Made by a program: the position numbers and the translations under genes. A model generated the notes under the pieces. It was not told the DNA's origin, made no database searches, and saw only the letters and a program-made list of their open reading frames with translations. Shown here in pieces: positions 47,088 through 59,847 of a stretch of DNA of 64,000 nt (position 1 is its first letter; each line of letters opens with the position of its first letter). Origin of the DNA: Roseicyclus sp. (lineage in GTDB: Bacteria; Pseudomonadota; Alphaproteobacteria; Rhodobacterales; Rhodobacteraceae). The stretch covers positions 26,243 to 90,242 of the forward strand of contig JAGYJU010000018.1 of the NCBI GenBank assembly GCA_018401965.1, in the 5' to 3' direction.

Positions 47088-47735
47088 TCAGGTGCGAAAC
47101 AGCCGCACCTCCAGCGTTTCATGTGCCATGGCCGCCAGGTCGGCCCCGAAGACCGCCGTGGTGATCGCCTCCGGCTCCAGCGCCAAGGCCGTGTCGGCGG
47201 CCCGTTCAATCACCGGATGCAGCCCCGCCAAGACTCGTTGCCCCGCCACCTGTCCCAGCGGCACAAAGCGCACCGCGACCGACACAAGCGCCGCGGCAAA
47301 GCCTTGCAGATACAGCGCCGCAACCGTCCGATCCGACAGCTCGAGCCCCCGCGTGGCCAGCCCCAGCGCCACCGGGTAGGGCCGCGCCAGGCCATCGCCG
47401 CGCCCCAGGCCCGCCAGCGTCTGCGCCAGCGCGCGGCCCTGCGCCCGGGTTTCTTCGAGCCGTTCGCGCGACCCGGCCAGCGCATGGGCCAGGTCGCAAA
47501 GATCCTCCAGCGGCATCGCGCCCCGCCGGGCGGCCAGCATCAAGACCGCATCGGCGCGCCCCGCCCCCGCCGCAAGCACCGCCGCGATCCAGCCCTGCAC
47601 CTCTTGCGCGGTGGCGACCCGGCCCTCGGCGATCTCGGTCTCCAGCCCGTGGGAATAGGCATAGGCCGAGACCGGAAACCCCGGAGACAGCCATTGCGAC
47701 AGGTGCAACAGGTCCGTGTCTGCCGTCGCGGTCAA
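47088..47735 (-). CDS. ureF: Urease accessory protein F
   Basis: WLSP.FP..AYAYS.GLE and HET..VRLFRT motifs. Confidence 0.93.
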   Translation of the reverse strand: MTATADTDLLHLSQWLSPGFPVSAYAYSHGLETEIAEGRVATAQEVQGWIAAVLAAGAGRADAVLMLAARRGAMPLEDLCDLAHALAGSRERLEETRAQGRALAQTLAGLGRGDGLARPYPVALGLATRGLELSDRTVAALYLQGFAAALVSVAVRFVPLGQVAGQRVLAGLHPVIERAADTALALEPEAITTAVFGADLAAMAHETLEVRLFRT

Positions 47736-48232
47736 TGATCGTGCCCGTGGTGATGCGCTGGCCCGTGGTCATGCCCCTGGGTGCGGCCATGGCCATAGGC
47801 GCCGCCCTCGGGGGTAAAGGGGGCCTCGACCGGTGCCACCGCCGCGCCAAGATGCGCCAGCATGTCGGCCAGCACATGATCGGCGCGGATCAACAGGTGA
47901 TCGGCCGCGATCTGGCAGGGCGTATGGCGATTGCCGATATGCCAGGCCAAGCGGGTCAGATCGCCGGTGATGCGCAACAGCGGCTCAGAGGCCGCGACGA
48001 TCTCGATCATCTGGCCCTCTGCCGTTTCCAACGCATCCCCCGCCGACAGCGACACGGTTTCCGGCAGATCCACCAACAGCCCCGCCCCCGAGGCCGTGAT
48101 CAGCCGCTTGCGGCGCAGAAATCGCCCCTCGTAATCCAGCACCAGCCGGTCGGATGCAGGCCCGGTCCAATGGCCCACCCGTCGCATCCTGCCCGCCACC
48201 TGGTCCTTCATGCTGTCGGCCTGCATCATCAT
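47732..48232 (-). CDS. ureE: Urease accessory nickel chaperone
   Basis: AWHIGNRH, F.PEGGAY and His-rich tail. Confidence 0.93.
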   Translation of the reverse strand: MMMQADSMKDQVAGRMRRVGHWTGPASDRLVLDYEGRFLRRKRLITASGAGLLVDLPETVSLSAGDALETAEGQMIEIVAASEPLLRITGDLTRLAWHIGNRHTPCQIAADHLLIRADHVLADMLAHLGAAVAPVEAPFTPEGGAYGHGRTQGHDHGPAHHHGHDH

Positions 48233-48264
48233 CCCCTTCCAGTCCTGTCTGCCCGCACCGCGGA

Positions 48265-50026
<1,762 letters not shown>

Positions 50027-50275
50027 CGATGGTTCCTTGGGTGGCATGACAGGCCAAGGTTAAACCCGCGCCCGGGGACAGACGATGCCAGATCGCGCTA
50101 CACCCCGGAAACGCCGAAAATTTACACAGGAAAAGGCCAAACCGCCCAAATCATAGGCAGACCGAAAAACACCCCCCAAGACGCGGTGCTGGCAGTCGCG
50201 GAAAAATTTCGCGCCCCGCGCGTAAACTTTTCCGACACCGGCCGTTACCCTCGATGAACCGTGGGGGTTATTCAC

Positions 50276-51070
50276 ATGAAACTCGAAACCATCGACAGCA
50301 AGATCAAACCCATCCATGTCGCCGCCAGTTCCGGCGCGCAGCGGGTGCAGGTTGCCATTGTCAAATCGGATGACGCGACCGTTGCGGCCCTGGACCGCGA
50401 CCTGCGGCGGCGCGGCTTCGAGGTGACGTGCCATGACTGCAGCGACAGGGCGCTGAACACGCTGCTGGCCAATGCGCCCGATATCGCGCTGTTCGACCTG
50501 CGCGACCAGGATGACGACAGCTTTGCCGTGTTCCTGCGCCTGCGCGACCACAGCACCATGCCCGTCATCCTGTTGACCGACAGCGCCGACGAGGTCGAAG
50601 AAATCGTCGGCCTGCGCATGGGGGCCGATGCGGTGGTGCGCAAACCCTGGTCGCCGCAATTGCTGGCCGAACGCATCCGCGCCCTGTCGCGCCGCGCGCG
50701 CCTGGCCAACGGGGCCACCGCTGGCGGCGAAGGCCAGTTGGACCGTCCGCCCCTGACCATGGATGGCAACCGGATGGTCGCCGCCTGGCGGGGCCGGCCG
50801 CTGGACCTGACCTCCACCGAGTTCAAGCTGCTTCACGCGCTGGCGGAACGGCCGGGCTACGTGCGCACGCGCGATTTCCTGATGGACCGGCTCTATGGCA
50901 CGGAAATCTTCGTTCTGGACCGCACCGTCGACAGCCATGTCAAACGCCTGCGCAAGAAACTGCGCGACCTCGATCCCGGCTTCGAGGCCATCGAAACGCT
51001 CTATGGCACGGGCTACCGGCTCAACCTGCCCGATGCCGAGGGCGACGCCAGCGCCCGGCGCCTGACCTGA
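50276..51070 (+). CDS. Orphan OmpR-family response regulator, ChvI-like, atypical receiver
   Basis: GLRMGAD..KP and DRTVDSHVKRLRKK...IETLYG.GY motifs. Confidence 0.85.
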   Translation: MKLETIDSKIKPIHVAASSGAQRVQVAIVKSDDATVAALDRDLRRRGFEVTCHDCSDRALNTLLANAPDIALFDLRDQDDDSFAVFLRLRDHSTMPVILLTDSADEVEEIVGLRMGADAVVRKPWSPQLLAERIRALSRRARLANGATAGGEGQLDRPPLTMDGNRMVAAWRGRPLDLTSTEFKLLHALAERPGYVRTRDFLMDRLYGTEIFVLDRTVDSHVKRLRKKLRDLDPGFEAIETLYGTGYRLNLPDAEGDASARRLT

Positions 51071-51078
51071 GGCCGCCG

Positions 51079-51384
51079 CTAAAGTGGCCCCATCACCGCG
51101 CCGTTGAAGCCCCAGACCGCGCGCGCCCCGCCATAGGGCACAAGCGCCACCTCGCGGGTCTGGCCCGGCTCGAAGCGCACGGCGGTGCCCGCGGCGATAT
51201 CCAGCCGCAAGCCCCGCGCGGCGTCGCGGTCAAAGGCCAGCGCCGCGTTGCTTTCCGCGAAATGGTAATGGCTGCCGACCTGCACCGGCCGGTCGCCGGT
51301 ATTGGCGACCACCAGCCGGGTCACCGGCGCGCCCGCGTTCAGCTCGATATCGCCCTCGGCTGCAAAAATTTCGCCCGGTATCAT
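51079..51384 (-). CDS. ureB: Urease subunit beta
   Basis: [20 protein letters not shown] and GTAVRFEPG motifs. Confidence 0.97.
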   Translation of the reverse strand: MIPGEIFAAEGDIELNAGAPVTRLVVANTGDRPVQVGSHYHFAESNAALAFDRDAARGLRLDIAAGTAVRFEPGQTREVALVPYGGARAVWGFNGAVMGPL

Positions 51385-51398
51385 GGTCTTGCCCCCTG

Positions 51399-51701
51399 TC
51401 AGCGGATCGGGTGATGGACGGTCACAAGCTTGGTGCCATCGGGAAAGGTCGCCTCGACCTGCACGTCATGGATCATCTCGGGCACGCCCTGCATGCATTG
51501 ATCGGCGGTGACGACATGCGCGCCCGCCTCCATCAGATCGGCGACGGATCGCCCGTCGCGCGCGCCCTCGACCACGAAATCGGTGATCAGGGCAATCGCT
51601 TCGGGGTGGTTGAGCTTGACACCGCGCAGCAAGCGGTTGCGCGCGACCATCGCGGCCATGCTGATCAAGAGCTTGTCTTTTTCCCGGGGCGAAAGGTTCA
51701 T
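51399..51701 (-). CDS. ureA: Urease subunit gamma
   Basis: [18 protein letters not shown] and [14 protein letters not shown] motifs. Confidence 0.98.
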   Translation of the reverse strand: MNLSPREKDKLLISMAAMVARNRLLRGVKLNHPEAIALITDFVVEGARDGRSVADLMEAGAHVVTADQCMQGVPEMIHDVQVEATFPDGTKLVTVHHPIR

Positions 51702-51718
51702 GTCCGTCCTCGTCCTGT

Positions 51719-52537
51719 CTAGATCTGCCAGACGCGCGGCAGGGGGCCGCCCGTCACTGTTTCCACCGCGCGCGCCACCGCGATGCGCAAGGGCCAGGCC
51801 TCGGACGCCATGAAGCGCGCCACGATCCGCCCATCCCAGGCCGAAGCCGCCGCGCGCACAACGCCCATGGGCGGAAGCGCCGCCCGCAGCCGGTCAAGCC
51901 GGTCGCCTGCATCCGGCGCGAACACCACCAGCGTGGCCAGCGCCACCGCCCCCGACAGGCCCGCCGCGCCCGCGCGCGCCAGATCTTCGGGGCCGATGCC
52001 CAGCGCCTCGACCATCGCCAGCCGCCCGTCACGGATCACGCGGCGCCGATCGGTGAGGGCGATATCGCCCAGGCGCTCGCCCATCGCGGCCCGGCCCAGC
52101 ACCAGCGTTTCCAGCATCACCAGTTCGGCGTCACCCACCATGTCTACCGTCAGCTGACGATCAAGGCCCGCGCCCTCGAACACGATCACCTCTTGCGGCA
52201 ACCAATGCAGCCGCGCCCCCGCCCCGACCCGCAGCCGCGTGTCGACCCGGGCCGATCCGTCGCGGCTGCGATAGGCGCGTTCGGCGGTCTGAGTCGTGCC
52301 CACGGCATGGCCGCCCGCCTCCAGCTCCAGCGTGTAATCGAGCCTGTCGCCGCCGGTCAGCCCCCCGGCTGTGTTCAAAAACACCACCTCGGGCGCGCGG
52401 CCATGCATGCGCGGCAACATCGCCTTGCCCGATCCCTGTTGCCACAAGCGTTTCAGCCGCCCGCCCGGCCCGATCACGGCCCCGGCGCGGCCCTGAACGC
52501 GCTGCATCTGCGCCAAGGGTGCGGTTTCATCCAACAT
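51719..52537 (-). CDS. ureD: Urease accessory protein D
   Basis: [23 protein letters not shown] and LPRVW motifs. Confidence 0.93.
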   Translation of the reverse strand: MLDETAPLAQMQRVQGRAGAVIGPGGRLKRLWQQGSGKAMLPRMHGRAPEVVFLNTAGGLTGGDRLDYTLELEAGGHAVGTTQTAERAYRSRDGSARVDTRLRVGAGARLHWLPQEVIVFEGAGLDRQLTVDMVGDAELVMLETLVLGRAAMGERLGDIALTDRRRVIRDGRLAMVEALGIGPEDLARAGAAGLSGAVALATLVVFAPDAGDRLDRLRAALPPMGVVRAAASAWDGRIVARFMASEAWPLRIAVARAVETVTGGPLPRVWQI

Positions 52538-52674
52538 TACGCCCCGACCCTAGGCGCGGCCCGCGCGCGATGGCAAGCGCCTGGCCTGCAAGATCGGGCC
52601 GCCAGACAGGCACCGCCCAAAGATCAGGCAAAATTTCCTTTGCACCGGGCGCGAAACCCCCTAGCACACCTGCC

Positions 52675-53718
52675 ATGATGACCAAGATCACGCTTCGCCG
52701 CCCCGATGATTGGCACCTGCACCTGCGCGATGGCGCGATGCTGGCCGGTGTCCTGCCCGAAACCGCACGCCATTTCGGGCGCGCGATCATCATGCCCAAC
52801 CTCGTGCCGCCGGTGGTCACGGGCGATGATGCGCGCGCCTACCGCGACCGCATCCTGGCCGCCCTGCCCGGTGGCATGGCCTTCGAGCCGCTGATGACGC
52901 TCTATCTGACCGAGGCGACAGACCCCGCCGATGTGGCCCGCGCCCATGCGCAGGGACTGATCCACGCGGTCAAGCTCTACCCGGCGGGCGCCACCACCAA
53001 TTCGCAATCGGGCGTGCGCAACATCGAGGCCGTGATGCCCGTGCTGGAAAAGATGGCCGAGATCGGCCTGCCGCTGTGCATCCACGGCGAGGTCACGACG
53101 GCCGATGTCGATATCTTCGACCGCGAACAGGTGTTCCTCGACACCGTGCTGGACCCGCTGCGCCAGCGGCTGCCCGGTCTCAGGGTCACGTTGGAACATA
53201 TCACCACGGCCCAGGGGATCGACTATGTGACCAACGCCTCGGGCGATATCGCGGGCACGATCACCACGCATCACCTGATGATCAACCGCAACCACATGCT
53301 CGTGGGCGGCATCCGGCCGCATTACTACTGCCTGCCCGTGGCCAAGCGTGCCAGCCATCAACAGGCGCTGCGCGCCGCCGCCACATCTGGCAACCCGCGG
53401 TTTTTCCTCGGCACCGACAGCGCGCCCCATACCGACCCCACCAAGGAAAGCGCCTGCGGCTGTGCGGGCGTGTTCTCGGCCACCAACACGCTGTCCTGCC
53501 TTGCGCATGTGTTCGAACAGGAAACCGCGCTCGACCGGCTCGAAGGCTTTGCGTCTCTGCATGGCCCCGCCCGCTATGGGCTGCCGCCCAACGACACCAC
53601 GATCACGCTGGAAAAACGCGATGCACCGGTGCCCTACCCGGCCAAGATCGTGACCGGCGCAGGCCCCGTGACCCTGTTCGATCCCGGCCATCCGCTGTTC
53701 TGGCACGTCATCGCCTGA
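52675..53718 (+). CDS. pyrC: Dihydroorotase (type II)
   Basis: [19 protein letters not shown] and FLGTDSAPH motifs. Confidence 0.97.
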   Translation: MMTKITLRRPDDWHLHLRDGAMLAGVLPETARHFGRAIIMPNLVPPVVTGDDARAYRDRILAALPGGMAFEPLMTLYLTEATDPADVARAHAQGLIHAVKLYPAGATTNSQSGVRNIEAVMPVLEKMAEIGLPLCIHGEVTTADVDIFDREQVFLDTVLDPLRQRLPGLRVTLEHITTAQGIDYVTNASGDIAGTITTHHLMINRNHMLVGGIRPHYYCLPVAKRASHQQALRAAATSGNPRFFLGTDSAPHTDPTKESACGCAGVFSATNTLSCLAHVFEQETALDRLEGFASLHGPARYGLPPNDTTITLEKRDAPVPYPAKIVTGAGPVTLFDPGHPLFWHVIA

Positions 53719-53720
53719 GC

Positions 53721-53743
53721 CTTCACCTTTCCATAAATACGCA
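53721..53743 (+). repeat. Dispersed CTTC-core element (subtype A)
   Basis: CTTCACCTTTCCATAAATACGCA fills most of the pyrC-pyrE spacer. Confidence 0.85.
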
Positions 53744-53758
53744 TGCAAAAGGCCGACC

Positions 53759-54439
53759 ATGATCCCCACCGCCTACCCTGACCGCGCCACCATGGCCCGC
53801 CTGACCGCCCGGATGCTGCTCGACATCAAGGCGGTGCATTTCAACACCGACACGCTCTACACCCATGCCAGCGGCAAGCAGGCGCCCACCTATATCGATT
53901 GCCGCAAGATCATTTCCTACCCGCGCGTGCGCGCCACCTGCATGGATTTCCTGTGTTGCACCGTGATGGAGGCGGCGGGGCTCGAAGCCTTCGACAACAT
54001 CGCGGGTGGCGAGACCGCGGGCATCCCCTTTGCCGCCTTTGTCGCCGAACGCATGGGCCTGCCGATGTCCTATGTGCGCAAGCAGCCCAAGGGCTATGGC
54101 CGCACCGCCCAGATCGAAGGCGAGATGCGCGAAGGCGACCGGGTGCTTCTGGTCGAGGATCTGACCACCGATGGCGGTTCCAAGCTCAAGTTCGTCGATG
54201 CGATCCGCGCGGCGGGCGCCAGCTGCGGGCATACGGCGGTGGTGTTTTTCTACGGCGTGATGGCCGGCACCGAGGAGCGGCTGGCGGAACATGGCCTGAA
54301 GCTTCATTACCTCGCCACCTGGGCCGATGTGATCGCAGAGGCCCGGCGCGGTGGCGATTTTTCCGAGGCCACCCTGGTCGAGGTGGAACGATTCCTTGCC
54401 GACCCCGAAGCCTGGCGCGCGGCGCGCGGGCTGGCCTGA
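53759..54439 (+). CDS. pyrE: Orotate phosphoribosyltransferase
   Basis: [23 protein letters not shown] and [11 protein letters not shown] motifs. Confidence 0.95.
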   Translation: MIPTAYPDRATMARLTARMLLDIKAVHFNTDTLYTHASGKQAPTYIDCRKIISYPRVRATCMDFLCCTVMEAAGLEAFDNIAGGETAGIPFAAFVAERMGLPMSYVRKQPKGYGRTAQIEGEMREGDRVLLVEDLTTDGGSKLKFVDAIRAAGASCGHTAVVFFYGVMAGTEERLAEHGLKLHYLATWADVIAEARRGGDFSEATLVEVERFLADPEAWRAARGLA

Positions 54440-54751
54440 GCCCCCGGCCCAGGCGACCGCAATGCGCTTGGCCCGTGGCTTTTCCGACACAGAGTTGTTA
54501 CACTCACACCAGATGCGGGGGGCGTGCCATCGCGCCCCCCAAGATACGGTGGCAAAAACCGCTCACGAGTTACTCACAACTTTGATCGATTGACGCCGCG
54601 GGGTCGGGTCGCGCTATACCCGCCGTCACAGTCGCCGCAGCGCGCCCGGCGTGGTCACACCTGGCCAAACCGGCCCGCCATGGCCCGTCACCAAGGTCGG
54701 GCCAGATGGAAGGGCGACAGGACAGGCAGAATGGCAACCCGGGGGTCCAAG

Positions 54752-56251
54752 ATGAACGAACATGTGCCCGTGCCCGCACCCGGCGCGCCCACGGTCGAAG
54801 ACCCCCAGAGCCTGCCCCATAACGTCGAGGCCGAACAGCAGTTGCTCGGCGCGATCTTGTCGTCGAACGATGTGCTCGACCGCGTCGATGACCTGATCAA
54901 GCCCGATCATTTCCATGACCCGGTGCACCGCGAAATCTTTGCCATGGCGCAGGCGCGCATCGCCAAGGGCCTGGCCACAGATGCGACGACCCTGAAGAAC
55001 TTCGTCGCCGATATCGCGGGGCTGCGCGATCTGGGCGGGGCCGAATACCTGCTGCGGCTGCAACTCTCGGCCATCGCCACCAGCGCCGCCCGCGATTACG
55101 CGCAACTGATCCATGATCTCGCGGTGCGGCGCGAATTGATCGCGCTGGGTCAGCGCGTCACCGATCGCGCCCGCTCGATGCGCGACGATGTCGCCCCCGA
55201 CGACCAGATCGTCGAGGCGGAAACCGAGCTGTTCACGCTGGCCGCCTCGGGCACCACCAATCGCGGCTTCGTGTCTTTCCTGTCGGCGCTCTACGATGCC
55301 GTGAACATGGCCAATGCCGCCTATAACCGCGGCGGCAAGCTGGCGGGCGTGTCCACCGGCCTGACCGACATGGACAGGATGCTGGGCGGCCTGCACAAAT
55401 CCGACCTTCTGATCCTTGCCGGGCGCCCCTCGATGGGCAAGACCTCGCTTGCCACCAACATCGCCTTCAACATCGCCAAGACCTGGAAACGCGGCCTGCG
55501 CGAAGACGGCACCGAGGGCACGGTCGATGGCGGCGTGGTGGGCTTTTTCAGCCTCGAAATGTCGGCCGCCCAGCTGGCGCAGCGGATCTTGTCGGAGGCC
55601 GCCGAGATCCCCTCGGAACTGATCCGCAAGGGCGATCTGACCGAGGCGGAGTTTGAACGCTACCTGCATGCCGCCCGCGACCTGGAACGCTGCCCGCTCT
55701 ACATCGACGACACGCCCGCCCTGCCCATCGGCCAGGTCGCGGCGCGCGCGCGGCGGCTCAAACGCTCGCCCGCAGGGCTTGACCTGTTGATCATCGATTA
55801 CCTTCAGCTCTTGCGCGGCTCTGGGCGGTCGGAAAACCGGGTCAATGAAATCTCGGAAATCACCCAGGGCCTCAAGGCCATCGCCAAGGAACTCAACATC
55901 CCCGTGATCGCCCTGTCACAGCTGTCGCGCCAGGTCGAATCCCGCGAGGACAAGCGCCCGCAATTGTCGGACCTGCGCGAATCCGGCTCGATCGAACAGG
56001 ATGCGGACGTGGTGATGTTCGTCTACCGGGGCGAATACTACAAGGAACGCGAAAAACCCGGCGAGGAAAACCTCGAAGCCATGACCAAGTGGCAGCAGGA
56101 CATGGAACAGCTTCACGGCAAGGCCGAGGTCATCATCGGCAAGCAGCGCCACGGCCCCGTGGGCACCATCGAGCTCAGCTTCGAGGGGCGCTTCACCCGC
56201 TTCGGCAATCTTGTCCAGCCCTGGCAACAAGGCGCCGACAGCGGCTATTGA
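54752..56251 (+). CDS. dnaB: Replicative DNA helicase
   Basis: PHNVEAEQ, AGRPSMGKT, FSLEM, IDYLQL and DLRESGSIEQDAD motifs. Confidence 0.97.
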   Translation: MNEHVPVPAPGAPTVEDPQSLPHNVEAEQQLLGAILSSNDVLDRVDDLIKPDHFHDPVHREIFAMAQARIAKGLATDATTLKNFVADIAGLRDLGGAEYLLRLQLSAIATSAARDYAQLIHDLAVRRELIALGQRVTDRARSMRDDVAPDDQIVEAETELFTLAASGTTNRGFVSFLSALYDAVNMANAAYNRGGKLAGVSTGLTDMDRMLGGLHKSDLLILAGRPSMGKTSLATNIAFNIAKTWKRGLREDGTEGTVDGGVVGFFSLEMSAAQLAQRILSEAAEIPSELIRKGDLTEAEFERYLHAARDLERCPLYIDDTPALPIGQVAARARRLKRSPAGLDLLIIDYLQLLRGSGRSENRVNEISEITQGLKAIAKELNIPVIALSQLSRQVESREDKRPQLSDLRESGSIEQDADVVMFVYRGEYYKEREKPGEENLEAMTKWQQDMEQLHGKAEVIIGKQRHGPVGTIELSFEGRFTRFGNLVQPWQQGADSGY

Positions 56252-56275
56252 CCCGCCATCGGCTTTTCACCCGGC

Positions 56276-56358
56276 ATCAAGGTTAACGCGCCCCTTCATC
56301 TTGGCCAAAAAACTCCGGGGGGCGGCGCCCCAAAGGGCGCCGGGGGGCAGAGCCCCCC
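56276..56358 (+). repeat. Dispersed CTTC-core element (subtype B) with leader module and hairpins
   Basis: ATCAAGGTTAACGCGCCCCTTCATCTTGGCCAAAAAACTCCGGGG..GGGGGGCAGAGCCCCCC. Confidence 0.85.
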
Positions 56359-56392
56359 TTGACCCGCCAGCAACCATTGGCGACACAGCCGC

Positions 56393-57430
56393 ATGGGCAC
56401 CGGTATCCTGACCATTGATCTTGACGCGCTGGCCGCCAATTGGCGGGCCTTGGCGCGTGTGTCGACGGGGCAAACCGGGGCCGTGGTCAAGGCGGGCGGT
56501 TATGGCTGCGGCGCGGACCAGGTCGCGACACGGCTGGCCCGTGAAGGCGCGCGCCAGTTTTTCGTCGCCACCGCCGAAGAAGGCGCCGCCCTGCGCGGCG
56601 CGCTTGGCCCCGGCCCCGCGATCAACATCTTTTCGGGCCATATGGCGGGCGACACGGGCGCGATCCGCGATCATGCGCTGACCCCGATGCTCAACAGCCC
56701 CGAGCAGGCCGCGCGCCACCGCGCCGCCCTGCCGGGGCATGCCTACGGCGTGCAGCTTGACACGGGCATGAACCGGCTGGGCATGGAAGCGCCCGATTGG
56801 GCGGCCACCCGCGCCGAGCTGGAAGCCGGGCCGCTGACGCTGGTGATGTCGCACCTGGCCTGCGCCGATGACCCGGGTCACCCGCAGAACGCGGCGCAAC
56901 TGGCCGCTTTCGTCGCGATGACGGCGGGCGTGACCGCGCCCCGATCCTTTGCCGCGACAGGCGGTATCCTGCTCGGGCCGGCGTATCATTTCGACCTCAC
57001 CCGCCCCGGTGTCGGACTGTACGGCGGCCTGCCCTTTGCACAGGCGCAAAGGGTCGTGCACCTGTCGCTGCCCGTGGTGCAGCTGCGCGATGTGGCGATG
57101 GGCGAAACGGTCGGCTATTCCGCCAGCTTCACCGCCATGCGCGACAGCAAGATTGCAACGGTTTCAGCGGGTTATGCAGACGGGCTCATCCGGTACATGA
57201 GCAATGCCGCCGCTCTTTTCGCCGGCGAAACCCCCTGCCGCCTTGCGGGCCGGGTGTCGATGGATCTGTTGACCGTCGATGTCACCGACCTGGCCGAGGT
57301 GCCCGACCATCTCGACATTCTGGGTCCGCAACAGTCGGTCGATCAGCTGGCCGAGGTCGCGGGCACCATCGGCTATGAAATCCTCACCTCCCTCGGCGGC
57401 CGCTATGCGCGCCGATACCTGGGCCAATGA
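56393..57430 (+). CDS. alr: Alanine racemase
   Basis: [30 protein letters not shown] and GTIGYE motifs. Confidence 0.95.
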   Translation: MGTGILTIDLDALAANWRALARVSTGQTGAVVKAGGYGCGADQVATRLAREGARQFFVATAEEGAALRGALGPGPAINIFSGHMAGDTGAIRDHALTPMLNSPEQAARHRAALPGHAYGVQLDTGMNRLGMEAPDWAATRAELEAGPLTLVMSHLACADDPGHPQNAAQLAAFVAMTAGVTAPRSFAATGGILLGPAYHFDLTRPGVGLYGGLPFAQAQRVVHLSLPVVQLRDVAMGETVGYSASFTAMRDSKIATVSAGYADGLIRYMSNAAALFAGETPCRLAGRVSMDLLTVDVTDLAEVPDHLDILGPQQSVDQLAEVAGTIGYEILTSLGGRYARRYLGQ

Positions 57431-58212
57431 CCCCTGCCCTTGCCCCCATCGCCGCGGTCGGGCGCTCCACGCTGGCGATGCTGTCGGCCATCGGTCGGGT
57501 CGCGATCTATGCCGCGCAGGCCGTCAGCCATGTGCTGCGCCCGCCCTTCTACCCGCGCGAATTGGCCCACCAGCTTTTGCACATCGGTTGGCTGTCCCTG
57601 CCGGTCGTGGGCTTGACCGCGCTGTTCACCGGCGGGGCGCTGGCCCTGCAGATCTTTGCCGGCGGCTCGCGCTTTGACGCACAGGCGGTGGTGCCGCAGA
57701 TCGTGGCCATCGGCATCGTGCGCGAACTGGGCCCGGTGCTGGGCGGCTTGATGGTGGCAGGCCGCGTGGCCGCCGCGATCGCCGCCGAAATCGGCACGAT
57801 GAAGGTCACCGAACAGATCGACGCGCTGACCACCCTGTCGACCAACCCGCTGAAATACCTGGCCGTGCCGCGCATCCTGGCCGCCACGCTCAGCCTGCCG
57901 ATCCTTGTGGCGGTGGGCGACGCCATCGGCATTTTCGGCGGCTACCTCGTGTCGACCACACGGCTGGGGTTCAACGAGGCCGCCTACCTGCGCAACACGG
58001 TCGAGTTTCTGGAACCCTGGGATGTCACCTCGGGGCTGATCAAGGGCGCGGTCTTTGGCTTCCTGGTGGCCTTGATGGGCTGTTACCACGGGATGAATTC
58101 GGGGCGCGGCGCGCAGGGCGTGGGGCGGGCCACGACCAATGCCGTCGTCTCCGCCTCGATCCTGATCCTTGCTGCCAACTACCTTTTGACAGAATTGTTC
58201 TTTACCGCATGA
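57427..58212 (+). CDS. mlaE: MlaE family ABC permease
   Basis: [20 protein letters not shown] and GVGRATT motifs. Confidence 0.92.
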   Translation: MTPALAPIAAVGRSTLAMLSAIGRVAIYAAQAVSHVLRPPFYPRELAHQLLHIGWLSLPVVGLTALFTGGALALQIFAGGSRFDAQAVVPQIVAIGIVRELGPVLGGLMVAGRVAAAIAAEIGTMKVTEQIDALTTLSTNPLKYLAVPRILAATLSLPILVAVGDAIGIFGGYLVSTTRLGFNEAAYLRNTVEFLEPWDVTSGLIKGAVFGFLVALMGCYHGMNSGRGAQGVGRATTNAVVSASILILAANYLLTELFFTA

Positions 58213-58955
58213 TCGCGCTGCATGATGTCCACAAGGCCTTTGGGGCGAAACAGGTTCTGCGGGGCCTGACGCTGGACGTGGCGCGCGGCGAAAGCTGCGT
58301 GATCATCGGCGGGTCGGGCACCGGCAAATCGGTTTGCCTGAAATGCGTGCTGGGGCTTGTGGTGCCGGATGCGGGCCAGATCACGGTTGACGGGCAGGAT
58401 GTGACCAAGGGCGACCACGACGCCTTTCTGGCGCGGTTCGGGATGTTGTTCCAGGGCGGCGCGCTGTTCGATTCCATGCCGGTCTGGCAGAATGTCGCCT
58501 TTCGCCTGCTGCGCGGGCGGCAAAAACGCCCCAAGCATGAGGCGCGCGCGATCGCCATCGAGAAACTGCGCCGCGTGGGCCTGACGCCCGATGTGGCCGA
58601 TCTTTTCCCCTCGGAACTGTCGGGGGGCATGCAGAAACGCGTGGGGCTGGCCCGCGCCATCGCCGCCGAACCCGAGATCATCTTTTTCGACGAACCCACC
58701 ACCGGGCTTGATCCGATCATGTCGGGGGTGATCAACGACCTGATCCGCGAGATCGTGACCGAGATGGGGGCGACCGCCGTCACCATCACCCATGACATGT
58801 CGAGCGTGCGCGCCATCGCCGACAAGGTCGCCATGCTGCATGACGGCAAGATCCGCTGGCACGGCCCGGTGGCAGATATCGACACGGCCGATGACCCGTA
58901 TCTGCGCCAATTCGTCAGCGGGTCGGCCGTGGGGCCGATCGCGGCGGTGCGGTGA
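58209..58955 (+). CDS. mlaF: MlaF family ABC ATPase
   Basis: GGSGTGKS, LFQGGALFDS, LSGGMQKR and DEPTTGLDP motifs. Confidence 0.9.
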   Translation: MIALHDVHKAFGAKQVLRGLTLDVARGESCVIIGGSGTGKSVCLKCVLGLVVPDAGQITVDGQDVTKGDHDAFLARFGMLFQGGALFDSMPVWQNVAFRLLRGRQKRPKHEARAIAIEKLRRVGLTPDVADLFPSELSGGMQKRVGLARAIAAEPEIIFFDEPTTGLDPIMSGVINDLIREIVTEMGATAVTITHDMSSVRAIADKVAMLHDGKIRWHGPVADIDTADDPYLRQFVSGSAVGPIAAVR

Positions 58956-59428
58956 TGGGGCCCAGGCGCCTGCGCTCCATCTTGACCGTCCTGAACCTTG
59001 CGCTGTTGATCCTGTTTCCCGTGGCCTGGGCCGCGCCGCTGTTGCGGGCGGGCGTCTTGCCGTTTTTCGGGCTGTCCGAGATCTCGATCCTGTCGGGGCT
59101 GCACAGCCTGTGGACGGGGGGCGAGGCGGCGCTGGCCATTGTTGTCGCGGGTTTCGCGCTGCTGGCCCCCATGGCCAAGACGGTGGCGCTGGCGCTTTTG
59201 CACCTGTCGCGCGCGCCCTTGGCGCTGCTGCCAGCGGTGCAGCTTTTGGGCAAGCTGGCCATGGCCGATGTGTTCCTGATCGCGGTCTATGTCACCATCG
59301 CCAAGGGGCTGTCGCTGGGCCGGGTCGAAACCGCCTGGGGGCTATGGCTGTTCACGGCCTGCGTTCTGCTGTCCTTTGGCATCGGCGTGATGACCGCGCG
59401 CATGGCCAAGCGGGACGGATTGGGCTAA
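58955..59428 (+). CDS. Paraquat-inducible protein A-like membrane protein
   Basis: SILSG, P..K and LGKLAMADVFLIA motifs. Confidence 0.75.
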   Translation: MGPRRLRSILTVLNLALLILFPVAWAAPLLRAGVLPFFGLSEISILSGLHSLWTGGEAALAIVVAGFALLAPMAKTVALALLHLSRAPLALLPAVQLLGKLAMADVFLIAVYVTIAKGLSLGRVETAWGLWLFTACVLLSFGIGVMTARMAKRDGLG

Positions 59429-59437
59429 GCCGCAGCC

Positions 59438-59803
59438 ATGGACCGTATCGCGATCATCCTTGCCGTTTTCCTGGCCATCTATGCCGCCCTGTCGGGGCTG
59501 ACATGGGCCCAACGCCTGGTCGGGGAACGGGTGGGCGCGCGCAAGACGGGCATGGCGCTGAACCTTGCGCGCCGCGCCGCGCCCCCGGTGATCGGCGGCA
59601 TCGTGCTGGCTGTTGCGGGCGGCATGTTGCGGCTATCTGGGCATCTGCCGCTGGCGGCCCTGCTGGTCGCGGGCGGGCTGGCCTTTGGCTTTCACCGCGG
59701 CCTGGCCGATGTGCGGCAGGCCGACCGGCGCAGCATCGGCTTTCGGCTGGTCGTGACCCTCGGGCTTGGGCTTGCGGGTCTGTGGCAGACGGGGCTGATC
59801 TGA
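59438..59803 (+). CDS. Hypothetical membrane protein
   Basis: 121 aa hydrophobic ORF filling the gap, typical codon usage. Confidence 0.6.
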   Translation: MDRIAIILAVFLAIYAALSGLTWAQRLVGERVGARKTGMALNLARRAAPPVIGGIVLAVAGGMLRLSGHLPLAALLVAGGLAFGFHRGLADVRQADRRSIGFRLVVTLGLGLAGLWQTGLI

Positions 59804-59847
59804 TGGCGGCACTGGCATCGGCGTGCCCGCTCGGGTAAGCCAAGGAC

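Noticed and set aside
50227-54490. Shared 12-mer CTTTTCCGACAC in two promoter regions (50227 and 54479)
   Set aside because: Exact 12-mer pairs are expected by chance in 64 kb
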